This document shows positions 34,102-48,643 of a stretch of 64,000 nucleotides of DNA, piece after piece. The notes beneath the pieces are model-generated. The model had not been told where the DNA came from. It saw only the letters and a program-made list of their open reading frames with translations, and did not search any database. The translations under genes were made by a program, and so were the position numbers. Source of the DNA: Lepidodermella squamata (taxonomy: Eukaryota; Animalia; Gastrotricha). The stretch spans positions 5,270,001 through 5,334,000 of the forward strand of contig JBLDXI010000009.1 of assembly GCA_047495785.1 (NCBI GenBank), in the 5' to 3' direction. Position 1 is the first letter of the stretch. The number at the start of each line of letters is the position of its first letter.

Positions 34102-37100
34102 TGAAGGCTGTCACGAGCTATTTGCTGCCGCAACCAGGTTTTATCCCAAATGCAATGACTTCTGCTAACTAATTATGCCGCTAAGACACCGAATCGATAA
34201 ACGATGAATTTTCGATTAGTATTCCTTTAGGCCATGAAGGTAAATGAAAGCAAGTGCGCACCCTAAATTTAGGGTGCCTGCGTTAAATTTGAGACTCCAG
34301 AACTAGATTTCCCTTAAATATACTTTTTCGAGTTTCATGTCTTCTCTGGAATCTCAATTTTTTTATCATGCCTAACCGATAGTTCTTCATATTACGCGAA
34401 TTTCAAAAATGAGAGTTTTCAAATTAGATCTTTTCAGCTGATATTGAGCTAATTCGTATCGCTTCGGTCTCTCTGAATGAGACAGATCGTTGGGTAAGGT
34501 CTTGCTGGCTGTAAATAATTAAACTGTAAAAAAAAGTGTAAATAACTGTGTTCCAATCTCGTCTCTTTGGCGTTGATCTAACTGTTGTTGGCCACGCACC
34601 ATGTATGAACGCCTGGCCTTTTCATGATACATCAGGAATCGCGAGTGTCATTTCCGATGCGTTGCACACTCACGGCATAAATTACGCTAAAATTACCACC
34701 ATGACAACAATAATACTATACACCTAATATAGACACGCAGTGGGCGTAATTCGTTATCAAATCAGTTAAACGTGGCCGTGTCCGGAAATGTAACCGAAGT
34801 AGGCATTTGAACTCAGAATGGCCACTTTGATTTCGATCACAAATGATTAACATAACAGAGCCAAAGCTTGACATCAACCTGGTTTACTACTCAGTTGCTC
34901 TTGTTTTCATTAAAATGGGCGGAGCTTAGTATTTTCAATCAAAGATACAATAGCTGCCAATCAACGACCTCAGTTTACTCAGAGCGGTTCCAAAGTCAAA
35001 GGCGAGATATGGTAGCGGCTTTTATCTGTCCGGAATCGAACCAAACACGGCTCGGATGATAACAACTCCGAGTCATCCAAAACTTTGCACCGCGCAGTGT
35101 ATAGTAATAAATTTTCGTACCTCGAGGCGCTTCGATTTTCATTAGATATTCATGAGCAAAATTTTCTTGATTGCAATTGTTAATCAAATTTCGCGCGTGC
35201 CTGCAAGCAAAGTTTTTTCAACAATAACCGGCATTTATTCCATTATGTAAATGTAACGTTTCGGCCGATGATTGACTGAACTCGCATCATCCATCACCAT
35301 ATGGGTGGCCTCGAAAATCGCGAAGAGATTAGTTACTACACACCACTCTGGAGGCGATGAAAGTGGCAATTTGTCATCAGATCGAATCATCATCCTGCGC
35401 GAGAACTAACTTCATTACTTGGCTGCCGTCGTCGTCGGCGCCACGGGCACCGCGCGTTAAATCGGCGCGCTCTGTGATAGATTAAGCGCGCTTATACACT
35501 TACTTATTGCTACTACAACTTGTTATTATTGCATTATCAAGTGTGTTTACTTGTATATTGCATTTACCACCACCATGTAAGTATTTGAGGTCGTCGTCGT
35601 GCAGTAATGTAATAAGCGCCGCCGATGATCCACCCTGGCGGCGGGCGACACCAGCGCAGCAGCAGCTGACGCGAGGCCGCGGGCGCCGCAATAACTGCGC
35701 GCGCAATAAAACTCGAGCGCGCGCACGTCGATTTTATTGCGCGCGCGGCCTCGACGCGCGCCACTTGATTTCGCGCTTCGCATGCGTTTCAAGCACTTGC
35801 CACGCACTTGCTTTAGCGGCAAATTACTTCATGCTCTAATCGCCGTTGGAGTGAAGCTTCGAGCTACCTAATTTGCAATATAGTATCACAATGCATTGAG
35901 GATACCAATATTTCCATATAAGTAACAAAATGCGTACAAAATCCTAGAAACTCCCCTAAATTTCTTGAATTTCGCACATTTTGGAACAGAAATCAGGATT
36001 AAATTTCAGTTTTTCAAGCTCCAAATTCAGTGAAGTTGGCGAATATTTCCTAGATTTCAATAGCAAATCAAAACTTTTTACCGAAATATTTTCTAGTGAC
36101 TTCTCATATTTTCAGACTTTCAAGCTTCAAGTTCGACAAAAATCGGATAAATTTCATATCATTACAAAAGTGATTACTTTGAAGTTTGAAATTTGCATAA
36201 AAAATATTCACTTATTTTGAAACAATTTAAATGACTTCAAAAAATTGAAATTTTTTATCATCTCCATAAGGATATTTTATATCAGAAATTAGTTTGAAAA
36301 TCACCTTAATATTTTCTTTTACATTTCGAAAAAATGATTCACAAGTTCAAAAATTTTCAAATAATTTGTATTCATTCTTCGAAAAATGCATAAAATAGTT
36401 TTCATCACTTTTGATGGGCTCCACTTTCGAGATGATTATCCTTACCCTTTAAAACCTATCCCGAAGTATGGTCTAAGTTTTTTGTTGTGAAATTGCCGTT
36501 AATTAATCAATATTGAGGTCTAGATAACGTGCGCGGCCTCAAATAGCCTTACCGGAAGTTCCACTTGATTTTATTCCGCTGCATTAAACGGCGATAAAAG
36601 TCCGCGATGTGTACCATGTACCACTCAATCTTCATTGTGCCACTTAATCTTTGCGCAAACGTGTCGCCAGTCCCCGGCAGTCGGCAGTGATGGTAGCACA
36701 TCTCAAGCTGTGGCCGGCGGCAATTACTTGCCAAGGAAGAAGCCGCGAAAAGAAGCCGCATTCTCGGCCGATTAGATTTGTCGCGAGCGCATGGCGCCAG
36801 CTTGGGCGCGCTCTATATAATATCACATGCGCCGCTAATGTTTGCGCGTTGATGATGTGCGCGCGCACACCTGCGCAAATCGCGCCGGCGCACGCAAAAG
36901 CAGCGCTGGCCCGAGATTGGCGCGCGCCATCTAGTAGCGCAATTAACCCATTAAAGCTCATCATCAAAGTCAAAATATTTAGCAGTAACACTTCATAGCT
37001 CTGATAATTGATCAGTATACCACTTCAGAGACAATCTTCTTCCATATTATCATCTTCAATTTCATTCCATCCAACTCATTTTTCAAAAGTTATTTGTAAT

Positions 37101-40100
37101 AAATAAGCATCTTCCTTATATTCGATAAAAACTCCGAAAAATCATGAAATAAGCGAAAGAATTACACGCGAAATTCTCTCAATTTTCAGGAGTGACTTGT
37201 GACTTATTTGAAAAAAATCAGATATAAAATCCAATAGGATTTACACATATTTTTCGGCAAAATGGCACTTTTAAAGAAAGTCGCCCTAAAATTATGGGAC
37301 GAATGTGCATTTCTATTAATTGCAGACATTTTTTTGCATAATCTTGTGACCTTGTAGCTTATCGTCTATTTTTCGCCTCGACTTTTGTTGACACTGATCG
37401 CTGTTCACTTTTCGCGTTAATAATAAATTAACAACAAGAATCGCGGTTGGTATTGCGCGCGCCCTAGCGACTTGAGCCGCAGCCAGGTTCCAGCTCGAAG
37501 CCGAGCTTGTTTGCTGTCGCATCAATAAGTCATAAACGCAAGTTGTATAGCTATGATAGAAGGCGATAGCGAGGCGGCTAATGAAACATAAACGAGATAC
37601 CGGTGTAAGCTGGTGGCAGGTATAGGTAGGCGGGTAGGTGTAGGTATATTATAAGTGGTGCCAGCAGCTAAATCAAGAGCGCACAACGGCACACGAAGCA
37701 AATATTTTGACTCGCAGGTGGCAAAAGCCACTCGCATATCGATAGGCAACGGCACGCCGGGCTTGGCAAAATCAATGCGGGCGATGATTGGCCGAGCGAG
37801 CGAGCGAGCCCGCGAGGTGTTGAAATAATGAACAAAAGCCACGGCTAGGCAAAATACTTAAGGAAGAAGAGCGAGCGAGCGAAAGATGACGACGGGGGCC
37901 GGGTGATAAATAAATAATTACAGGCGCTAAAACTCGACAGCGAGCATCAGCACAAGTTGCTGCGGCAATTATACGCTGGTACTCGAGTGGCGACTGCGAC
38001 TGCGGCTCGAGGTGTCGCGGCTAACGAGATGACTAACCATCATCTCATCCCAACTGCTACCACCACTGACCGGTTCGTAGCCAATCAGGTGTCACTTTTA
38101 TCCAAAGCACGTGCTCACGCTCCTGTTCCCAAACAACTTTTCACGGATAGAAACTTTTCATTATCAGCAACGCCATCCTATTTATCAGATATTTTTCTCA
38201 TTTAAGCGCATTCTCTTTTGGTTCAATCAAAGTTAAATCAAAGGAACGAATCTCCCAAACTTCTGCGACAATTTGATTCAAGTTAGACTCGGGTTCTTTC
38301 TCAAAACTTTTGCCCAATTGGTGGTCCCAATAATACGTGGAACAGCTAATTCCGCAACGTTCAGACCTATTTTAAACTGATTTTTTTGTAGAATATTCAA
38401 ATTCATGATTGGATCGAATTCGGATCAAAGTTGTTCATTTCCATCAATTTCAGCTAAAATCTGAATGATTCTGATCAAGCTCGGATCATCTTCGGGGATT
38501 TAGATCAAATCAGGATCAAATTTAGCTCAAACATGCCTGAATATCAAGGTAGCATATAATAGTGATCAAATTTTGATTTCATTCTCAAATTATTTGAAGC
38601 GAATTGCGATTGAAAATCAGAATTCACCTGCTTGGCAAATATTTCGGCCCTATGCTCTGAAATTATTCTTAAGGCAATTATTTTGCTAACCTTAGTTTAG
38701 CTGGCATTTTAAACTATATTTCAATTTTGATCAGAATTTGATCTTCAAATTTTTCCACGTTGTTAGGTTTCGTCTCTTGAATCGCCTAGTTGTAACTGAT
38801 AATATTTAAGCTGGCTTTACTGTTAAAAATTTGCCATTTTCAAGATAAGAAGGTGATGCGACGATGATGAGTTCCGGACGTGAGGCGGTGAAAGGCGGCG
38901 GATTTCTTGTTCAACACCAAATATTTAGAAATCGACGGCTTTGAAGCTGCGCGTGCGCCTGTTTGCGCTGCGTGCGCGCGTGCGGCGACTTGTCGACACA
39001 AGACTCGCACAAACATTTAGCCTAAGACACTACCTAGACCTAGGCATTAGCAGTAATAGTTGTAAAATAAGTAAGAAGCAAGAAAGATACGGCCACCTCG
39101 CGAGAAGATGAGCGAACTAGCGAGCGATCGGCGTCACCTGCGCCTGTTCAAACACGCGCATTAGCCGGCCTATTATGCCGCTGATTGTTGTGCTACGAGG
39201 GCTTTGTTCGCCCGAAACCCCGGTAGCAATAACAATGCATGAATGACACCGGCGGGCGTGATATCGCCGTCAAAACCGCCGGCTGTACTAATAACACGAG
39301 AGGCGCGATTTGTTTTGCGCGCGTGCCGCGGTGCCAACCCGGCTGCGATGTCGCTGTTCATTTTACTTACACACGATTATCATCATAAATTTACCCCTGT
39401 GTTATCACAACACCACTCATCGTTCGACGGCGACAGCGACACCTCACTCCCGGCTCTTCAGTCCCGAAAGTGCGGATGCGCACTTGATGGGTGAGGAGCA
39501 GGGTGCGCGCACCCTAGCGCCCAGCTGTGGGTCACCCTCTCGATGGGCGCCACACTGCGCGCGGTGTCATGAGTCGGAATCACAAGCGCCCATTAATGGG
39601 CGATAAGTACCGGGTCTGGCTTCCGGATCAGCAGCGTGACGCCCGCTCAGCTATAAAACGCATCAGTTTTACTGCAGAAATTAGTCACCAGTCACCCATC
39701 ACCGGGATCACCCATTCACTAAATACGAAATTCAACCCAGAATTGCGGAACCATTTTCATTATTCAGTGAGCTCAGAACGTCTCCTAGTTCAGTGATTAA
39801 TCACGTCTCGTTTCGCCGCGATACTTGGATCCACCCATTTGTCACCCTTGTCACCTATCGGAGAATCCTAAGATAGTCTCTAATTTTTTTTAATAAAAAT
39901 CAGTTGCATCAATATTATTTAACTTGATTTGCTGAGCTCGGGCACTTCTTTTCTATCTATTATTTTTTCAAACAGAACGAGTTTATTGAAGTAAATGTTG
40001 ACATCAGCTTCTTCCGCATTTTTCTTAGAAATCGTACCTTTTTATCGTTTTTATTTCTCAATGCATGGCGACCATTGTGTAATTTTCTTTGAAAACTCGC

Positions 40101-40717
40101 ATAAGAGCAAATGATAGCAGGGCAAAAAACCAGCCAATCCTAGCGGCGGCGTCGCTGATTGGCTGGGCGCAGTGTGGCGACGCCGTTTTTGCGCGCTATT
40201 ATTACTTGACATTTGACTGCGCGCGCGCTCATCGATATCGAACGCTGCTGCGCAAACATAGCGCTGCTTATTATTATTATACACAAACTCACTTACTACT
40301 ACCATCGCCACCACCCGAGCGTCATAAGAAGCATTTTCCCTTTTAACTGTTGAGATCAAGCTAGATTTCTCAGACAAAGAAATTGATCTTGCATGTCTAA
40401 GAGAAAAATGTAATTTTTCCCCGAATTTTTTAACGCATCTAGGCATGTGTACAATTTGAATAAGCGAGTTTAACCGAGTCGATTGATATATCACTTGAAT
40501 AAACCTTTTCTGAGTTGCCTCTGTCGATTTTTTAGCGTGAGCTTGCTTTGTTTTATTACTGCCGCAATCTGCGCGCGCAAGTGAGTGACCCACTTTATTT
40601 ATTAATAGGTGTGCGCGCTTCTTTTATCTTCGATGTATACGCTCACCTATTGTGTTTTTATTATAGGTATCAATCACATTTCTTTGTTATTTTTTCGACA
40701 CGAAAAATCACGCCCGA

Positions 40718-43700
40718 ATGTCGCTGCCAGCCGCTTCAACTGGCCACCAGCGCCAACGTTTGGGCTCGAAAACTTCGTCGACCTCGCCGCAAATCGGCAG
40801 CGCCAACATCACGCCATCGACCCTGCTCACCCCTCTGAGCCCGCCTCTGGGTGCTACACCAACCCTACCCGGCGCCAATCCTCTATTGGTCCTGCAACAA
40901 CTCGTCCTACTTCAGCAGCAGCAACAACAGCAACAGCAGCAATTAGCCAGCCTTGGCTTGTTGCCAAATGCTGGAAATACCGAACTGGCGTCGCTGCTGT
41001 TCGGTAATTTGATGAAGCCGCAACCAGCTCCAGTTGTGGCTCCGTCGCCGCTGTTGGGCAATCCGTGGTCGGATGGTGATACGGCGGGCGTTTTGTACCG
41101 AAAATCGCTCGAACAATTGCTGGCCCTGCAACAGCAACAACAGCAACAGGTTCCGGCTCATTCTGGGAAACAACATAACATCGCAGAAAATGGTGAGATT
41201 TTTTATCTTTTTTTTCAAAGTCAATAGCCTAGTTTTTTTATTTTTTTTAATTCTAAAGTCATGATGGTTTTTGAATTATCAATAATTATAAATTATAAAA
41301 TTCGGAATTTTGGTATAATTTAGAATTTATTTTGAATTCCAATTAAAATTTAAGTTTTCGTTTCACCTTGGTTCTGCGACTGGAATATAATAGGCTTATT
41401 AAATTTTCTAATATTTCTAAAAAATTATTCCTTTTAAAAATTATCCGTTGAAATAAAATTCTGATCCCTTTTCGAAATTTTAAGTTTTTTGGCACCTTGA
41501 TGGGCGCAATTTTTTTCGTTCGAGCCCAAGATTTTCGGTTATACTTATTGGCGCAAGAGATTTCGCGTTAGCGCCGACGCGCCGAAGCAAAGCGCGCGGC
41601 TGCGCATCAATTATTCAAAAATCATCGCCTGCCTAGCTCGTTTTGTCAACGGTTCGGATTTCAGTCGGCCTCAAAGGCGCTGTGGCGCGGCGCCATTTAG
41701 TCAACTTATTTTGCCGAAACCCGAACTGCTGTGATACAAATACGGCGCACAATCTCAATTTCCATAATTATTATTATTATTATTATTTCTGTGACCATAT
41801 ATAGCTATCTTGCTACTGATTGCTGATTTGTGGTCTGCGTGTGCGCGCGCAAAATCTGCCCGCAAACAAATTACGCGGCGCGCGCATGCAAATCCGCGAA
41901 ATCCGAGACGTGCGGCTGCGCGCGGCTTTTAATAAACCGCTGCTAATAAGTAACCATCCGAGCTATCACATCTCTAGTTCTGGTTATACACCGAAAACCA
42001 GCGCAAAAAAATGAACCGTTTTGCTTTGAACTCATCGCATCTCAAAATTGACAATATCAAGTTCGAAAAGGTTAGCAAACAAATTAGGCGAAATTACTGA
42101 AAGTCGCGATTGGGATGACACAGATCGAAAAAATTGGATTAATTTTACGAATATTATTCCAGTTCCTTTCATTAGATATTTTCCCGCTATTCCTTTATTA
42201 TTTGGTTGCGAATAATAGAAAGACGAGAAGAACTTGGGTATTTCTCAAACAAATGACTACAACGGCTGAATAAATATAATTTGAACATCGGAGAAGTAAC
42301 CGGAAATTTCTAGAAATTTTGACGAAAAAAAATTTCCAGTGCAAATTGGACGCAAAAATGCGATTCCAAAATTTTAAATTTGTTTTATAATGATCTCAAG
42401 TCGGGGAAAATTCCGAAAATTATTAGCTGGAATCGGCCTGGCTCAGCGTGATTCGGAAAAAACACTCGAAAAAATCCGGAAAAATATGAATAATTTATTT
42501 AGACTTAAATTGGGTCAAATCAAGTAATTTGCCTGTGAAAAATGATTCTCCGAAATTCTGAAATTCTGTGTTTAATTTTATGCTTCTAAATAATTCCTGA
42601 ATTTTGCTTTCATCCCTGTGATATATTTTTTCTAATATTTTAATTTTTTTTTTAGTTGATCCTGGAACTTCAAACAGTCGCGATGCCCTGCTACTGCCGT
42701 CACCCTCAACCACCGCCTCATCGACCTCGCCGCCGTTTGTCGCGCCCCGCCTGCCATCGCCGCAAAGCAGCAACAACCAAACCGCAACTACAACAACCAC
42801 AACCACCGCCTCAACCTCAGCCTTCCCAGACCTGTGGCGATTCGAAGCCCCGGCTACAACCGCCGTAAAAACCGAAGAAGCCCCCGCGAATTCGCCGCCC
42901 ATTCTCGCAAACGCCCTGCTACAACACATGCTAATGCAGGCTCTACAGCGCGATCTCGTCAACAACCTACTCGCGGCTAGATCACCCGAGCTGGCCCCGA
43001 CCCCAGTCTCAACCTCATCGCCACCCCTGTTAACACCATCCCCAATCAACAACAACAAGCGGCATTTGAAGAACTCGGATGAAAAAGCCGCGAAAAAGCC
43101 GAAACTCGAGAGTGAAGATCACGAAATCGATGAGACAAATGAAGGGCAATTCGAGTGCTCGCGTTGCAGCAAGTTCTTCGCGACGGCTCACGGGCTGGAA
43201 GTCCACGTGCGCCGCACCCACTCAGGGCGCCGGCCCTTTGCTTGCGAGGTGTGCAATAAAACGTTTGGCCACGCCGTGTCGCTGTCGCAGCACCGCGCCG
43301 TGCACACGCAGGAGCGGTCGTTCGTGTGCCCGCAGTGCAACAAATCGTTCAAGCGATCGTCGACGCTGACGACGCACCTACTGATCCACTCGGACACGCG
43401 GCCGTACCCGTGCCAGTACTGCGGCAAGCGGTTCCACCAGAAGTCTGACATGAAGAAACACACGTACATCCACACGGGCGAGAAGCCGCACAAGTGCCTG
43501 CAGTGCGGCAAATCGTTCTCGCAGTCGTCGAATTTGATCACGCACTCGCGGAAACACACCGGCTTCAAGCCGTTCGTGTGCCAGTTGTGTAATAAAGCGT
43601 TCCAGCGCAAGGTTGACCTGCGGCGGCACGCCGAGACGCAGCATGGCGCCAACTCGGCGGCGGCGATGCTGAACGCGAATCAAGTCCCGCTGCCGTTGTC

Positions 43701-43899
43701 GAACGCCTGCTTCTCGCCGTTGCCGCCGAATTTCGACGAGGACGAAGACGTGGAGGAGGGCGAAATTTTGGACATGTCGCGATCGTCGTCTGTCGCTGTT
43801 AACAATAATGACCTGGAAATCGACGACGACGACGACGAGTCGATGTCTCAACAACAACAACCACCTGTTGAGGAAGACGTGGTGGTGAAAGCTGATTGA
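40718..43899 (+). CDS. Gfi1: Gfi1/senseless family C2H2 transcription factor; join(40718..41192,42656..43899)
   Basis: Six diagnostic fingers ([62 protein letters not shown]). Phase-1 intron joins the Gln-rich exon 1 in frame. Confidence 0.92.
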
Positions 43900-44130
43900 T
43901 TGATTGATTGATTTACGATTATAAATAATTTATTTGTTTCGTTTTTCATCTTCATCATAATTTGTTTATTCATCATGATTTCGTGCGCGTCTGGTGTAAA
44001 TTTGCGATATAATTATACCTATTTCCGCGATATATAGGTCATGACCCCGCTTTAATATATTTATTACTATAATAGCCGCCGTAATAATGATTGTAAGAAT
44101 GATGATTTCTCAACCGCGCATCAATTATTA

Positions 44131-45069
44131 CCGTCAGTTGGGGCAATCTGGGTCATTGGGGCTATTCGGACGAATGTTCATGCAAACGGGAGAATGAGCA
44201 TGGCTCCAAAACTACCCGGCCGTTAGCAATGAAATTTTGCACGGAGTTTGGTGGAAAGACGACCCACATGCCATAAAAATTTCATGACCTGAGAGTAAGT
44301 GGTTGTGAAGATATGAGCTTACCTTTCAGGTGTGAGTTAAACTCAGTTTAAGCACTGTTCTGCGTTGAATTACCTGGACCAGATGAGAATTTTGCTGGAC
44401 CTGCGATCAATTTTTTCTGAACCTACAGATGATAGGGCACCCATGAAAATTTAAACCGCCCCGATCCGACTCATACTTTTGTCTAATTAATTGCGTCCTT
44501 TTAGCCCCACGGAAAAATGATGTTGTGGGGCTATTCGGTCTGCCATTTGAATATGCTAATGAACTGCGTTGTTCAAACGTTCCTGGCTGATTAAAGCGGA
44601 CTTTTACTTCATTTACAATTTAATTTTTGAATAAGCTGGAAAGACTGCAAAATACTAGTGTTACTGGCCTACGACATTGCCAATTAATTAATTACGACTA
44701 TAATTGACAAATAATTCAACTAAAAATCAGTGTTTTAGTTTGCTCAAATTCTTGGGCATACAAATAATAATAATAAAATTTTGCGGAAAAAAATTGCTCC
44801 GCGGCGTGGACTCGAACCCTGCTGTCGTACTTTGCTATGCTTTCTAGAAGCACATCCAAAGCCACTCGACCACTGAACACAGCATATTAGCAATATTTGA
44901 ATTGAATATTTATGTATAATTAATAGCCCCACACCTGTCCGAATAGCCCCATCCGTGGGGCTATTCGGAATCCTGGTTCCATTGGAATCAGGACCTTCTG
45001 AAACGTGTAAAAATGCAAAAAAATCAGGGGGTAATTTTTTTTCGCCGTCCGGATAGCCCCAACTGACGG
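44131..45069. mobile_element. pogo/Tc1-type non-autonomous element just 3' of the Gfi1 stop
   Basis: TIR CCGTCAGTTGGGGC; TA TSD; internal GGGGCTATTCGG repeats. Confidence 0.8.
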
Positions 45070-47567
45070 TATTGCTATCTCTTTTATTTATACCACAGCA
45101 TCATAGTAAATAATATTATATTATTATGAATACCTTTACCGATAAATTCGTGTGTTAATATTGTTATTATATACAAGATCTTGATTCGGTTTTGTTCAGA
45201 ACAAAAAATAATGGCAATCGCAGCAATAAAAATTTGTTTCTATTGAAATTTGATGCGACTTTTTTGCGCTGGCAATCAATTTACTTATTTGGTACATTAC
45301 AGGTGTAATACAAAAAAATTTTCGCGCGTGAATGAACGCAGACTTTCACGGGGGATGATCCTAGCATATTATTATAGCATGCCGCTATAAATGGTAAATT
45401 TTGCCGGTATTTATAAGGGGTTATTGAATGCAGAATTATGATTCAAGGGTCGTAATAGTTGCATCCCCGAAATTAAGGTTCCATCACTAAATTTGAGGGT
45501 TCCAGCACTATGAATTTTCCTATTTTCGTTGGATTTTCGTTAGTAACCTGTAAAAATTCGAATTCAAATATAGAGATCCGTCTAATTAAAAAAAATCCTC
45601 TTGAAATAACCTCTTATATACTCGAGGATATTTAGTGCCGGCCTCACATTTTGAAAAACTTCAGCGTAGTAAAATGTCCGGATTACCACATCATATTTAG
45701 CCTCTTCATATTGCCCACATTATTGTTAGTTTTTTTTACGGAACACCTATCGGGACCGATATTCCCTCAGGAACAAGTAAACAATGGAACAACGGCAAAT
45801 TATGTCGCTCTCTTCCTAATTTTAATAGTTTTACATTTTATCGATTCTTCCAGGTTTGCAGTTTTTTAATGTACAGCTTTGACCGCAACTAATCACCAAT
45901 TGCCATTTATTTTTGGTATCAAAACTCAACTTTTAAAGATTTGCAAATAATATCGGAATATTTAGACTTTCAAGTGCTTAACCATGAATTTCGCTCCAAT
46001 TATTTCCCTTGTTTATTTAACCTGAGGGCAAGTCTTGGAAATCACTAAGTTTACCTTCGCCCTCAACTAATTTACTGCAAAGCCTAAGGGCAACCCCGAG
46101 AAATTTACTCGGTATTGCTATTAAAAGCTTCGGTAAAATTATCTCCTTGATTTATCGCGAATATTTTCAATAAATTATTCATACGCTACGTCTCAAGAAG
46201 TTTCTTGGCATATTCGAAATTATTCCGAATTTTTTTCCATTATTTATTATTAAGCCAATTATCACGGCTATTTTTTTCCACTATTTTTTAGCAGTGCGCT
46301 TTTTTGATCACGTGCCATATTAGCTACTATGTATGATTAGCAAATATTTTCTTGTTTCCTAAGCCTCACGACTATAAGCAAAAAAATGCCCGCCTCATGG
46401 GATGCCTCGTTCTCCATTCCGTAATTATGCCGGAAAAACAGCCGACGTGAATGAAAAGAGGAAGCAGAAAAAAAAAACTACGACAAATCTCAAGGCAAAC
46501 ACGGCAATGCGCTCATTTACGACCGCACCACCGTTGGGACCGGAAAAATTTAGCAGAAAAATAGGAAAAATGTATAGACAGCGGCAGGAAATGCGGGAAC
46601 CATAAAAATCCACCCTAATATTGTAGTAAAAGGAAAGATCCACTGCCACTCGAATCCATTGCTACCTAAGGGATCACTTTTTTTGTTAATTTTTATTTAT
46701 TGTATAGTGCATATCCATTTTTTATTACTCTGACCTAATTGGCTGAGACTATAGGTATGCGCGTGCCTCGATAAAGAACCTCGGAAATGGACCGCTCAAA
46801 TAGCTGTCAGTTTTAATCGGAAGTATGTTTCCTTTCTAGATTCATTTTCGGCCCGTACATTCCATCTATACAAAATTTAGACTAGTTTTTCAATATTACT
46901 CTGTGCGGAATATTATAGGTGTGTTGATAATTCAATCTTTGCATGTCTGAAGTGTGGATATTGCTACATCGAATTTGCGAGGCGGTTGGGCGGAAAATGT
47001 CGCATCACCTGAGACTTGATTCTTTCTTAGGTGCACTAAAACAGGGAATTATTCGATTTTCGAAAGTCTTATATATTCAACGAATTCTCAATTTTTCAGA
47101 TGAATTTCGTCGTCGTATCGTCAGGTGTGATTTCCTATGATCAAAGAATACTGACCTATAGTTTCCCAATGGGAGTGGGCAACCTAAATTTAAGGTTCCG
47201 GCTCTATAGTTTGTCAATTGTTTTTGAATTTCAAGTCTTCCCTAAATTTTCGACGCGGATTATCGGCGGTCAGTTTACGCATTATAAATCCGCCTGCTAA
47301 TTCTTATTATCGATTTCAAAAATCAGTGATCTTCCAGCATTGAAAACGTTTCAGCTGTTGGTACCAGGTCAGTTACTTGGATTTGATTCGACCTCATTCG
47401 CTGATTTGCTTTACACACGATTGTTTTACGGCTATTTCGCAATGGCCTGTAATGATTTAGCCTTACTGATTTACAGCTTATTTGGAGTTTTTAAGCTATA
47501 GTCCACGGGGATCCCTTATTTTAGTTGCTGATCAATTATATCCCTCTGAAAAAATAGATCCGACATA

Positions 47568-47683
47568 CAGGGTGTTCGCGTAATAATACTCTTCTAAAAA
47601 TAGCTTTGCTACTTTTTGCATTCATTTGAGCTTTTTTGTAGCTATTTTTAGCTCACCCAGAGTATTATTACGCGAACGCCCTG
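47568..47683. mobile_element. 116-bp Tc1-like MITE
   Basis: TIR CAGGGYGTTCGCGTAATAATACTCT; TA TSD. Confidence 0.8.
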
Positions 47684-47849
47684 TACATGTAACTATAATA
47701 CATATTCTGATGTAGGAAGGACGCTCAAATTTCGAGCTGAAAATATTTAGGTCTTTTAGAATATGCAAAAATGTTCTTCCTTACATGCCCCGTGCTTTAA
47801 CGTACCTAGCTTTGAATGAATTGAATTGAGCGTTCAACGAGTATAAGAG

Positions 47850-48482
47850 TATGTTATCATACAAGCTCTCGGCGATAGCCGCTCGTGCTGAATTTTATCT
47901 GACGAGGCGTCAGCCGAGTCCCAAAAAGACGAGGCGTAGCCGAGTCGGGGCACGAGCGGCTATTGCAGGGAGCGAGGATGCATAACAATTCGTATACAAC
48001 ACCAGATGTTGATCGCTTGACGATTTAAAAATGTTTGCTGAGTATCAGGTGAATTTGCAATATTTACCAACAATTGTCGCCAAAATTCTGTTTGTAGGGA
48101 AACATCAGGTACAAAAACAACACCTGATGCTGCTCGCGAATTTCGAAACTTGTTTGTTTCCTCATTTCATTTTGCAAAATTTGTCGGTCGATGCAACATC
48201 AATTTCCAGGAATAAACACCACCTAAGCAAAAGGTACTGGCCAAGCGTTCCTGGAATAAGACAAATAGGCAAGGAGCTGACCTCCAAAAAAATTAAAAAA
48301 AATTCACCGAGATTTTGAGGCCAAAACTCCAAAACTCTCCAGATAAACTACACTAAAAAATTATTAACCTCGGCTGCGCCTCGGTCGTGATTTCGAAATT
48401 GTCCTCGGCTGAGCCTCGGAAAATGGCTCGGTTTCACCTCGCCGAATTCACTGGGCCTTGCGGCCCATGTTGGTACAACATC
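47850..48482. mobile_element. Hairpin-rich non-autonomous element (unclassified, Crypton-like appearance)
   Basis: Repeated GAGGCGNAGCCGAG / CTCGGCTGCGCCTC stem-loops at both ends; inverted ATAGCCGCTCGTG/CACGAGCGGCTAT; no ORF. Confidence 0.4.
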
Positions 48483-48544
48483 ATTTCCTTGTTTCAACCT
48501 AATTCCCGCTAAATTTGATAAATTTCAAAACCATTAATTTTACA

Positions 48545-48643
48545 ACTTATCAGGTTTACGACCCCATCTAAATTACTTATCAGGTTTACGACACCAGCGT
48601 CTAAATTACTTATCGGTTTTATGACCCCATCTAAATTACTTAT
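48545..48643. repeat. ~30-bp tandem repeat x3
   Basis: Unit ACTTATCAGGTTTACGACCCCATCTAAATT with variants. Confidence 0.85.

Noticed and set aside
34257-34277. Perfect 20-bp palindrome GCACCCTAAATTTAGGGTGC
   Set aside because: Isolated; possibly a transposon scar, nothing supports a function.
43188-43860. Antisense ORFs over Gfi1 (also those over the nAChR, VAMP7, MULE and ankyrin genes)
   Set aside because: Shadow frames of GC-rich coding sequence with no recognisable motifs.
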